Shown here piece after piece: positions 35,877-44,372 of a DNA stretch of 64,000 bases. The notes beneath the pieces are model-generated. The model saw nothing but the letters and a program-made list of their open reading frames with translations, made no database searches and had not been told where the DNA came from. The DNA comes from Eubacteriales bacterium (GTDB taxonomy: Bacteria > Bacillota > Clostridia > Oscillospirales > QAKW01): NCBI GenBank assembly GCA_045539335.1, contig JAZQFD010000029.1, positions 65,420 to 129,419 on the forward strand. Reading direction: 5' to 3'. The number at the start of each line of letters is the position of its first letter. Position 1 is the first letter of the stretch. Both the position numbers and the translations under genes were made by a program.

Positions 35877-36872
35877 ATGAGAATTATTAAAGCGTTTAAA
35901 CATCAATTCGGTAGTGAACGCAAAAATGCTGATAAACGCATGTGGGCTTATATTGCCACCAAGTTTATTGGAAATGTTGCAGTTGCTTTGATTTTGATTG
36001 GTTTGTCTTATATCATTTTGTATCCTCTGATCTTCAGTTTGGCTCAGGCTATTCGTACCAGCCAGGATATGTATGATACGACTATTGTTTACATCCCCAA
36101 ACATTTCACCCTGGAGAACTTTCCTAAGGCGTGGACGGGTTTGAATTTCCCTGTTGCTTTTGCAAATACCTTTAACATTGCAATTTGGCCCACCATTTTG
36201 CAGGTTTGTATTTGTGCACTGGCAGGTTATGGTCTTGCAAGATTTAAGTTCAAGGGCAAGGGTCTTTTGTTCTTCTTTGTGTTGCTGACCATCATTATTC
36301 CTCCCTCTACCATTATGATTTCTCAGTACACCAGCTTCCGTTTCTTTGATCCTTTATATCTGGCTTCGGCAGTACATTCCTTTGGCTGGATTGAGGAACC
36401 CTATTTTGACCTTACCGACTCTCTTTGGAGCTTTATTTTGCCCGCCGCTTTTGGTAGTGGTTTGAAGAGTGGTTTGTTCATCTTCGTTTATCGTCAGTTC
36501 TTCAGCGGATTCCCCAAGGAATTGGAAGAAGCAGCTTATATTGATGGTTGCGGTGCTATGAAAACATTCTTGAGAATTCTGGTTCCTAATATGGGTCCTG
36601 CATTTACTACTGTTTTCATGTTCTGTATCACTTGGTATTGGAATGATTATTATACCGTTCCCATGTTCTTGCCGAACACCGATACTTTGCCCAGTGTACT
36701 GGATGGATTGTTCAAATCCTTGCAGAGCATCTTTGTCGGCACTGACTCTTTGACCTTGTACCCTGTGTTGCGTGCCGGTATTTTGATTTATATCGCACCC
36801 CTCTTGTTGACATTCATTCTCTTCCAGAGAAAGTTGACAGAGTCCATTGCAAGAACCGGTATCGTAGGTTAA
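35877..36872 (+). CDS. Carbohydrate ABC transporter permease (MalG type), pair 2
   Basis: EAA loop LEEAAYIDGCGAMKTFLRILVPNM. 6 TM segments. AAGGAGG RBS. Confidence 0.85.
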   Translation: MRIIKAFKHQFGSERKNADKRMWAYIATKFIGNVAVALILIGLSYIILYPLIFSLAQAIRTSQDMYDTTIVYIPKHFTLENFPKAWTGLNFPVAFANTFNIAIWPTILQVCICALAGYGLARFKFKGKGLLFFFVLLTIIIPPSTIMISQYTSFRFFDPLYLASAVHSFGWIEEPYFDLTDSLWSFILPAAFGSGLKSGLFIFVYRQFFSGFPKELEEAAYIDGCGAMKTFLRILVPNMGPAFTTVFMFCITWYWNDYYTVPMFLPNTDTLPSVLDGLFKSLQSIFVGTDSLTLYPVLRAGILIYIAPLLLTFILFQRKLTESIARTGIVG

Positions 36873-36883
36873 TGCTATTAAAA

Positions 36884-36916
36884 GAGACAACGCTTTTGAG
36901 CGTTGTCTCTTTTTTT
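36884..36916 (+). terminator. Rho-independent terminator closing the ABC-like operon
   Basis: Stem gagacaacgc, loop ttttga, stem gcgttgtctc, then a T-run. Confidence 0.85.
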
Positions 36917-37079
36917 AAAAGTTCATGTGCTCAACAAAGTTTCCGACTGCCTTAATTGCATTACCGGCGGTTTTGGATACACACTTTTTAGGTTTGTTTT
37001 TTGCCACCAGCATGCTTGCGGTTGCGCCCAATGCCATGCCGGCAATTGCTGAAAACATGACTGCTTTTCCTTGCTTCAT
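36915..37079 (-). CDS. Small hypothetical protein, 54 aa (below the ORF-track cutoff)
   Basis: My translation is MKQGKAVMFSAIAGMALGATASMLVAKNKPKKCVSKTAGNAIKAVGNFVEHMNF. An AAGGGA RBS sits 7 nt upstream. One hydrophobic helix. The stop lies inside the bidirectional terminator tail. Confidence 0.35.
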   Translation of the reverse strand: MKQGKAVMFSAIAGMALGATASMLVAKNKPKKCVSKTAGNAIKAVGNFVEHMNF

Positions 37080-37204
37080 TTTATCATCCCTTTCTTTGAA
37101 CTAATATTAGTATGTCGATTGTTTGGTTAATTATTTACTTTTTCGATTAAATAAGTTATAATATTATATTATTGTGTTATTTTCGACTTTTTAACGAGGT
37201 TTAT

Positions 37205-39382
37205 ATGCGATATTATCAAATGGATGCCAAGGCATTGGCGTTAGAATTGAATAGTGACCATGTTATTGGTCGGTCAGAAACAAACCGTGCTTCTCAAAAC
37301 AAAGCAGGTATTAACCTTGCTCAATTGTTAAATAGAGTGCTTTCTCATCTTCGATCTAAGCAGTATATTGCAATGATCGTCTCTGCGGCATTCTACTTTT
37401 TGACGATTGTTTTTTCTTTTTTAAATAAAAACTATTCCTTGTTGCTGATCTCTTTATTGGCATTTATTGGCTTTGTTTTTATGGATTTTGTAGAACTTTT
37501 AGTTCTATCTTTGCAAGAGATGCGCCATGAAATGAACTGTGTTGAGAGCCGCCAGAAGGTGATGGTGATCCGATCTGATCAAAAGCAGGCAATTGATCCT
37601 GATGATTTAATGATAGGGGATTTATTGTTGCTTGAATCAGGAAGTATTCTACATGCTGACGCCAGAGTTATTTCATGCAACCATTTGTTTATAGATGAAA
37701 AAAATGTTTTTAATACCGACATCGCTTCTGCAAAAACATCTGAGCCGATTTTAGCAGAGAATCTTGCGGCTGAGCAGCAATCAAATATGCTTTGGAAGGG
37801 AAGCGTTGTTCGCTCCGGCACCTGTCGGTGTATGGTAACTGCTTTAAATGAAGATTGCTACATTGAGAAAACCGGCGGTCGTAAGGAAAAGCAACACCAT
37901 TCTTATTATTTGAATCGTCAAAATAGTTTTGGTAATCTCCTGACTATTGTATTACTGTTAGTTTTTGCGGTTTTAACGTTTGTGTCTGCCTTGATCACCA
38001 AGCGGTTCTTGGATGCCGTTTTCTTAATGGCAATTTTAAGTTCTCTTCTGAATTCGAATATTATTTATTATTTACCTAAATATTATCTTTATAAGACGGC
38101 AAATCAACTCTATAAGGGCGGCACTTTAGTGCGAAATATTGAAGCTTTTGATGGTATGAACCGTGAAAAAGAACTATATTTTGATTGCGAGAGACTGATT
38201 TCATCAAGTTTGACCTATTCTTTCACAGAAGAATATATTGAATCCGAAGCGAGTAGCTTGAACTACTATCAAGCACTCCTCGGTCAAAAGGCATCTGATT
38301 TGAAGAAAACCTATTCCGACACTATTCAACTGGTGCCGGGAAGCGCAGTCGAACGAGATCAAATTGGCAATTACTTTGGCGCCTTTATGAATGAAGGAAA
38401 AGCAAAGGTTGTTGTGCTGGGTTACTGGCAAGGAATGCGGAAGATAATAAATAACATGGATGACTCCCTATTACAGCAGATCCAAACCTTAGAGCGTCAA
38501 GGGAAGATGGTTTGGTTACTTGCAGGTAAAGATCTGCCTTTTGATTCCGGCCTTGCTCTAAATACAATGGATCAGCTGACATTGCGTTCCATGCTTGTGT
38601 TTGACATTCATGTTAATCCGATTCAGAAAAAACAAATCGAACGTGTTTTTCATGCTGAAATGTCCTGCGTTTTATACAGCCGATATAGTGACTATTTGAC
38701 GGAATTTGTTGCAAAATCATATGGATTTCAGAAGATACTTAATGAGTGCCCTGAAAAGTCGTTTTATTCAGCTATGAATAATACGAATGAAATTTTAGTG
38801 GCTGATTATCAGTCATCTTCTTTTGATCAAGAACATTCAAATGTACTTTTAAAAGACCAAAACACGATCATCGATGTCATTCAAACTGTTAAGCAGTTGT
38901 TTTGCGGATTATCACGTACCATCCACTTTATTGGGGTTTTATCCGCTTTTGTAATTATTTCAATCGTGATTATGTTTTTTGCCGATACTCAAATAGAAAC
39001 AATGGTTGTTTCACTTTTGCTGCTTAAACCCCTGTTTTATTTGAGCGGACAGGCTTTTATTGGATCAACGATCAATTTCTCCAAAAGCGGCAAAAGTGTT
39101 GTCTTTGCCTCCTTTTGCGGCCTTGTAGGCTTGTTTTCCGCAATTACACATAGTGAAATAGCTCTGATATGTGTTGAGTTCTCTTTGATTTTGATAATTG
39201 CTTATTTAATGGTGCGTATGTTGATCCGATACAAAAAATGCATTATAAATCCGGTTGCTATTCTTATCGCTGCCATATTGGTTTTAATGTCGGCCTTCTT
39301 GCATTTTGAGTTTATGGGAACGATTTTGTTGCTTGCGTTGTTTCCACCGCTTGCTACCTATCTTTTAGATTTATTTTATTGA
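37205..39382 (+). CDS. Degenerate P-type (P2-like) ATPase homolog, probably a non-catalytic membrane protein
   Basis: Cation_ATPase_N-like start (YYQMDAKALALELNSD). Actuator-domain-like VMVIRSDQKQAIDPDDLMIGDLLLLESGSILHADARVI...FIDEKNVFNTD, where TGES is missing. LYFDCERLISS occupies the place of ICSDKTGTLT. About 10 TM segments. Confidence 0.6.
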   Translation: MRYYQMDAKALALELNSDHVIGRSETNRASQNKAGINLAQLLNRVLSHLRSKQYIAMIVSAAFYFLTIVFSFLNKNYSLLLISLLAFIGFVFMDFVELLVLSLQEMRHEMNCVESRQKVMVIRSDQKQAIDPDDLMIGDLLLLESGSILHADARVISCNHLFIDEKNVFNTDIASAKTSEPILAENLAAEQQSNMLWKGSVVRSGTCRCMVTALNEDCYIEKTGGRKEKQHHSYYLNRQNSFGNLLTIVLLLVFAVLTFVSALITKRFLDAVFLMAILSSLLNSNIIYYLPKYYLYKTANQLYKGGTLVRNIEAFDGMNREKELYFDCERLISSSLTYSFTEEYIESEASSLNYYQALLGQKASDLKKTYSDTIQLVPGSAVERDQIGNYFGAFMNEGKAKVVVLGYWQGMRKIINNMDDSLLQQIQTLERQGKMVWLLAGKDLPFDSGLALNTMDQLTLRSMLVFDIHVNPIQKKQIERVFHAEMSCVLYSRYSDYLTEFVAKSYGFQKILNECPEKSFYSAMNNTNEILVADYQSSSFDQEHSNVLLKDQNTIIDVIQTVKQLFCGLSRTIHFIGVLSAFVIISIVIMFFADTQIETMVVSLLLLKPLFYLSGQAFIGSTINFSKSGKSVVFASFCGLVGLFSAITHSEIALICVEFSLILIIAYLMVRMLIRYKKCIINPVAILIAAILVLMSAFLHFEFMGTILLLALFPPLATYLLDLFY

Positions 39383-39393
39383 GGTATATATTA

Positions 39394-40143
39394 ATGGGTT
39401 TGGAAGAAAAGAATCAGCCTGAATATGTTTTTGGGAAGAATAATGTTACTGAATTGCTTCTGACGGAGCTTCCGGTGGAAAAGGTATATTTAGCCGGAGA
39501 TCCTCAAAATTCTGGATTTAAAAAAATCGTTGCTCTTTGTAAGGGAAAGGGGATCCCCATTCTTCACACAGACACCGTAACTTTAAATCGCAAGTTTCCT
39601 CGCCTAAATCACCAGGGTGTGCTCGCTGTTTGTGGTCAAAAGGAGTATGCATCGGTTGAAGATATTTTGAAGGCTGCTGAAGAAAAAGGGGAGAGCCCCT
39701 TCATAATCATTGCCGATGAGATTGCTGATCCGCATAATTTAGGTGCCATCTTGCGTTCTGCTGATGCTTTTGGCGTACATGGAGTGATTATTTCAAAGCG
39801 TCGTGCTGCCGGTTTGACTCCTTCTGTTGCAAAAGCTAGCGGAGGTGCTATTCATACCATGCCCGTTGCTCGTGTTGCCAATCTTGCACAAACAGTTGAT
39901 GAATTGAAGGAGAAAAACATCTGGGTTTATGGTTGCGATATGGCAGGAGAGAAGGTATATTATGAGCAGGACTATTCCGGCGGAGTTGCTTTGATTGTGG
40001 GGAGTGAAGACACCGGTATTTCTCGTTTACTCAGAGAAAAATGTGACTTTTTTGTTCGAATTCCCATGAAGGGAACCATTCCCTGTTTAAATGCCTCGGT
40101 AGCAGCCTCAGTTATTATGCAGGAAATTGCAAAACAACGATAA
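39394..40143 (+). CDS. rlmB: 23S rRNA (guanosine-2'-O)-methyltransferase, SpoU/TrmH family
   Basis: N-terminal substrate-binding domain plus SPOUT motifs (HNLGAILRSADAFGV, LIVGSEDTGIS, IPMKGTIPCLNASVAASV). Confidence 0.85.
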   Translation: MGLEEKNQPEYVFGKNNVTELLLTELPVEKVYLAGDPQNSGFKKIVALCKGKGIPILHTDTVTLNRKFPRLNHQGVLAVCGQKEYASVEDILKAAEEKGESPFIIIADEIADPHNLGAILRSADAFGVHGVIISKRRAAGLTPSVAKASGGAIHTMPVARVANLAQTVDELKEKNIWVYGCDMAGEKVYYEQDYSGGVALIVGSEDTGISRLLREKCDFFVRIPMKGTIPCLNASVAASVIMQEIAKQR

Positions 40144-40153
40144 GGAGCATACA

Positions 40154-42169
40154 ATGAGCTTTGAACCCAAAGATCAAAATATAGATTTTGAAGATCTGAT
40201 CAATCGTATCAATGCTCTTCAGGATGTTGAAACTATTGTGAAGGATTCTAAATCAGCAATAGAGAATCACGAATCTGTAACTTCGCACCATCCTTCGGAC
40301 TCTTCTATTGTTGACGAGGATATTTTTAATTCAGTTAAGAATAAAAAGAAGGATCAATTTCAATCTAAAGAAAAATCGGTAATTCGCCGTCTTTTAGATG
40401 AAGATGAGGACGAGAACGATGCGGATGAGGAACCGAACCTCCCCATATATGATGAGGTTCGAGAAGATATTGAAGACTTTGAATCAGAAGATGAAAAGGA
40501 TGAGATATATCGAGATTTAAAGAATATTGTTGGCAAAATGGCTGTAAAAACGATTGCCTTATTTTTGGTTAGCATTGTCTCGGTGGTCTTATTCATTTAT
40601 GGGATTAATAATGGTTCTGCTGATTATGGCGCAAAAACCATTTTATTTCAGTTATCCCTGTTGGCTGTAGATATTGTTTGCTTTGCTCTGTCCTTTGGAA
40701 TCTTCTTGGATGGTTTGGCTCGACTGCTCAGGCTTCGTGCAGATACGGATACTCTACTGGCGCTCTTTTTTATTGCCCTATTCGTTATGCGGCTTTCCTG
40801 CATGATTCATCCTGAACTTCAGGCATACCCTCTTTATCTTGAGCCCATGCTGGCCATTGGTCTTTATTTCAATGTATTATCCAAGAAAAAAATTGCATCG
40901 AATATCAAGAATAACTTCAGACAAATCGCATCTTCCGGTGATGTTTTGACAGCAACACTACAACCAAATTGTGAGGTTAAAAATGAATTGATTTTAGAAA
41001 CCGGCGAAGGGGGAGAGATCTTGTTTGCCCATCAAACCGGGCTGGTTTCTCAATATATTGATCATAGTTATAGCGACTTTGAATATGATCGAAGCCTGCA
41101 TCGTTTCTTATTCATCATCGTAGTTGGCGTTTTTGCAGGTACGGTTGCAGTTGGGCAACTGACGGGCTGGAAAGAAGCGCTGCTGTTTCCGGCCACTGCC
41201 TTTGCTCTTTCTATTCCGTTTTTCTCCCGATATTCTTACGCAGCATCTATTGCCAAAAATGGAAGAAAAATCCGAAAAAACGGTGGTGTTTTAACTTCGG
41301 TTGAATCGGCAAAGTCTATCGAAGATGCCGATTTAATTATGATCTCAGAAGAGGATTTCCTTGGAAAGGATGCCGTTTTGCTTCAAGGAGTAAAAGCGTT
41401 AGGGGATTTGCAAATTGATGAATTGATTACCAATATTTCTGCGCTGTTTAATTGCGTCGGAACCCCGCTAAAACGGCTCTTTATGAAGATGATCGATACA
41501 AGCACCGTACAACTGCCGAGGGTAGATGACATCTACTATCATTCCGGCCAAGGATACTCTTGCTTGATTCACAGTAAAATGTTTTTAGTTGGAAATTGGG
41601 AATTAATGCAACAATTCAATGTTGACTTTCCTTTGCAGTTTTCTCAAATGAAATTAAAAGGATGTCACTATCCCGTTTATGTTGCTTATAAGAATGAACC
41701 TGCCGGCATTTTTATCGCAAGCTACGAGCACAATGAGGCAACAGAGCGTGCAATTGAAATCGCCATTGCAGAGCAGGTTGGGGTAGGCTTGGTTTCAAAA
41801 AACTTTTTATTTACCCAGCCGCTTTTAAAAAAGCTTTATCCGAATATCGATACGGACTTATTCCATATTATTTCCCCCAATACCGGCGAAGCGTGTAAAG
41901 AGTTTTTGCAGCCATGTTCAAAATCACCCGATTTAATTGCATCCAAGCGTGGGCCGCAAGGTTTAATGGCATGTCTTTACGGCGCCAGCAAAATGCTGAC
42001 AGCTTTGAAGATCAACCGAATTATCCGTATTTTATACAGTCTTTTAAGTTTGGGCCTCATTTTCTTTATTGCATTGGCAGGGTATTCCAATGACACTTCT
42101 ATACAAATCTTTATTTTTCAGGGGATTTGGACAGCGGTGGTTTATTTGATTTGTACTTTTTGCAAATAA
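40154..42169 (+). CDS. Degenerate P1B-type (heavy-metal) ATPase homolog with an acidic N-terminal region, probably non-catalytic
   Basis: GLARLLRLRADTDTLLAL resembles the P1B TM-B region (xNMDxLVAL). SIPFFS occupies the place of the CPC motif. DLIMISEEDFLG replaces VVFDKTGTLT. LVGNWELMQQ resembles LVGNxxLM. VSKN replaces TGD. Confidence 0.55.
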   Translation: MSFEPKDQNIDFEDLINRINALQDVETIVKDSKSAIENHESVTSHHPSDSSIVDEDIFNSVKNKKKDQFQSKEKSVIRRLLDEDEDENDADEEPNLPIYDEVREDIEDFESEDEKDEIYRDLKNIVGKMAVKTIALFLVSIVSVVLFIYGINNGSADYGAKTILFQLSLLAVDIVCFALSFGIFLDGLARLLRLRADTDTLLALFFIALFVMRLSCMIHPELQAYPLYLEPMLAIGLYFNVLSKKKIASNIKNNFRQIASSGDVLTATLQPNCEVKNELILETGEGGEILFAHQTGLVSQYIDHSYSDFEYDRSLHRFLFIIVVGVFAGTVAVGQLTGWKEALLFPATAFALSIPFFSRYSYAASIAKNGRKIRKNGGVLTSVESAKSIEDADLIMISEEDFLGKDAVLLQGVKALGDLQIDELITNISALFNCVGTPLKRLFMKMIDTSTVQLPRVDDIYYHSGQGYSCLIHSKMFLVGNWELMQQFNVDFPLQFSQMKLKGCHYPVYVAYKNEPAGIFIASYEHNEATERAIEIAIAEQVGVGLVSKNFLFTQPLLKKLYPNIDTDLFHIISPNTGEACKEFLQPCSKSPDLIASKRGPQGLMACLYGASKMLTALKINRIIRILYSLLSLGLIFFIALAGYSNDTSIQIFIFQGIWTAVVYLICTFCK

Positions 42170-42181
42170 TTAATCAAATGC

Positions 42182-42210
42182 TTGCATTTTGTTTGTTCAT
42201 AATGTATAAT
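42182..42210 (+). promoter_or_regulatory. Sigma-A promoter of the EF-G paralog gene
   Basis: TTGCAT, 17-nt spacer, TATAAT. Confidence 0.55.
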
Positions 42211-42263
42211 AATCCCATAGTAAATCATGCGGGCTATTTAAGCACCGTGAAAGGAGTTTTCAT

Positions 42264-44315
42264 ATGAGCACACTTGCAAAAAACATTCGTAACATTTGTT
42301 TGATCGGCCACAAAGGAAATGGTAAGACCACTTTGGCCGAAGCAATGATTTATTTTGCCAAAAAGAGCGATCGACTCGGCAAAATTGAGCAAGGAAATAC
42401 CATTCTTGATTTTGACGCTGAAGAGATTAAACGCAAGTTTTCTATTTCTCTTTCTATGGCTGCGTTTGAATATAAAGACACCAAAATTAATTTAATTGAC
42501 GTTCCCGGCAACTATGACTACGAAGGTGATCAGATCTCCGGATTGGAGGTTTCCGATCTCGCATTGATTGTTCTCTCTGCTAAAAATACCGTTTCAGTCG
42601 GTACTGAAAAAGCTTGGCAAAAGACGGAAGAACGTCAAATGCCACGTGCGTTTTTTGTAACCGGTTTGGATGATGAAAATGCTGATTTCTACAGCATTGT
42701 TGAGCAGTTGCATGCTAAATTCGGCGGATCTCAGATCCTTCCTATTACTCTTCCTATTATTGAGGATGGTAAAATGGTTGGTACCGTCAATGTGATTACC
42801 AATGAAGGTTATCGCTTTGGTGTTGGCGATTGTCCGGTGCCTGCCAATATGCAAGATAAGGTTAATACCTACTATCACGAAGCTTTAGAAGCTATTGCCG
42901 AAACGGACGATGCATTGATGGATAAGTTCTTCAATGAAGAGGAATTTACCTCCGAAGAATTAGAAGAGGGTATGAAAAACGCAATAGCCCTCAAATTGTT
43001 ATATCCCGTATTTGGTGGTGTCCCCACCGAAGTTTTGGGAATTTATCAGTTGCTCCATTCCATCGTGGACTATTTCCCGTCTCCTCTTTGCAATGGAACC
43101 GTGACGGTTGAAAAGAACGGGGAAGCCGTTGAGTTGGATTGCAATCCCTCCGGCCCTATGGTTTTGCGTGTATTCAAGACGGTTGCAGATCCCTTTGTTG
43201 GAAAAATGTCTTTCTTCAAGGTTTATTCCGGCACTGTCAAAAAAGACGCCAGTTACTTAAATACTCGTAAGGATGAGTATGAAAAGATTGCTCATGTTTA
43301 TATTCCTTTTGGCAAAAAGCAAGTAGAGGTTTCCGATCTTCAGGCCGGTGATATTGGCGTGTTCACCAAGCTGGTCTGTACTGCTACATCTGATGCTCTT
43401 TGTGATAAAGATTGCCCCGTCGTATTTGAGCCTATCAAGTTTCCCGGTGCCAACTACAGCAAATCTGTTGTCTCTTTGGCAAAAGGGGATGAAGAAAAGA
43501 TTGCTCAAGGCATTAACCGCATGATCGAGGAAGATCCTTCCTTAAAGTTTGTAGTAAATCCTGAAACCAAACAGATGGTGCTTTCCGGCTTTGGCGATCT
43601 CCAACTGGATGTTGTTGTTTCTAAATTAGCATCTAAGTTTGGCGTTAAAGTTGAGTTGGGCGATGTGAAAGTTCCTTATCGTGAAGCAATTCGTAAAAAA
43701 GTTAAGGTTGAAGGCAAGCATAAGAAACAGTCCGGTGGCCATGGTCAGTATGGTCATGTTTGGATTGAGTTTGAGCCTCTGTTTGAAGGCGAATTTGAGT
43801 TTGCTGAATCCGTATTCGGCGGTGCAGTACCGAAAAACTATTTCCCTGCCGTTGAAAAGGGATTGCGTGAATCCATCAATAAGGGTGTACTGGCAGGATA
43901 TCCTGTCACCGGTTTAAAAGCCACCTTGTTGGATGGCTCCTATCATCCCGTTGATTCTTCTGAAATGGCATTTAAGACGGCGGCTTCCATTGCATTCAAA
44001 GAAGGTATGAAGGCAGCCAACCCTGTTTTACTGGAACCTGTCGGCACCTTGAAAGTATTGGTTTCGGATGCTCTGATGGGCGATATCATTGGTGATATTA
44101 ATAAGCGTCGTGGTCAGATTCTCTCCATGGATGCTGCTGAAACCAGAGGTTATAAGGTTGTTAGCGCAATTGTTCCCATGAGTGAGATGAACTCTTATGC
44201 TATGGATCTCCGCAGCATGACCCATGCTCGTGCCTCTTTTGAGTTCTCTTTCTTAGAGTATCGTGAAGCTCCTGCCAATATCACTCAAAAGGTTATCGCA
44301 GAAAAAGCAGAATAA
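42264..44315 (+). CDS. Elongation factor G paralog with divergent G-domain motifs
   Basis: Five-domain EF-G layout. Domain IV has DGSYHPVDSSEMAF. G1 is GHKGNGKT, G3 is DVPGN (canonical DTPGH), and G4 is TGLD (canonical NKxD). Confidence 0.8.
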   Translation: MSTLAKNIRNICLIGHKGNGKTTLAEAMIYFAKKSDRLGKIEQGNTILDFDAEEIKRKFSISLSMAAFEYKDTKINLIDVPGNYDYEGDQISGLEVSDLALIVLSAKNTVSVGTEKAWQKTEERQMPRAFFVTGLDDENADFYSIVEQLHAKFGGSQILPITLPIIEDGKMVGTVNVITNEGYRFGVGDCPVPANMQDKVNTYYHEALEAIAETDDALMDKFFNEEEFTSEELEEGMKNAIALKLLYPVFGGVPTEVLGIYQLLHSIVDYFPSPLCNGTVTVEKNGEAVELDCNPSGPMVLRVFKTVADPFVGKMSFFKVYSGTVKKDASYLNTRKDEYEKIAHVYIPFGKKQVEVSDLQAGDIGVFTKLVCTATSDALCDKDCPVVFEPIKFPGANYSKSVVSLAKGDEEKIAQGINRMIEEDPSLKFVVNPETKQMVLSGFGDLQLDVVVSKLASKFGVKVELGDVKVPYREAIRKKVKVEGKHKKQSGGHGQYGHVWIEFEPLFEGEFEFAESVFGGAVPKNYFPAVEKGLRESINKGVLAGYPVTGLKATLLDGSYHPVDSSEMAFKTAASIAFKEGMKAANPVLLEPVGTLKVLVSDALMGDIIGDINKRRGQILSMDAAETRGYKVVSAIVPMSEMNSYAMDLRSMTHARASFEFSFLEYREAPANITQKVIAEKAE

Positions 44316-44372
44316 TTTTATAAACTGAACCATATAAATGGAGTGTAAATCCATTTGGAAGAGGGCTCATGT

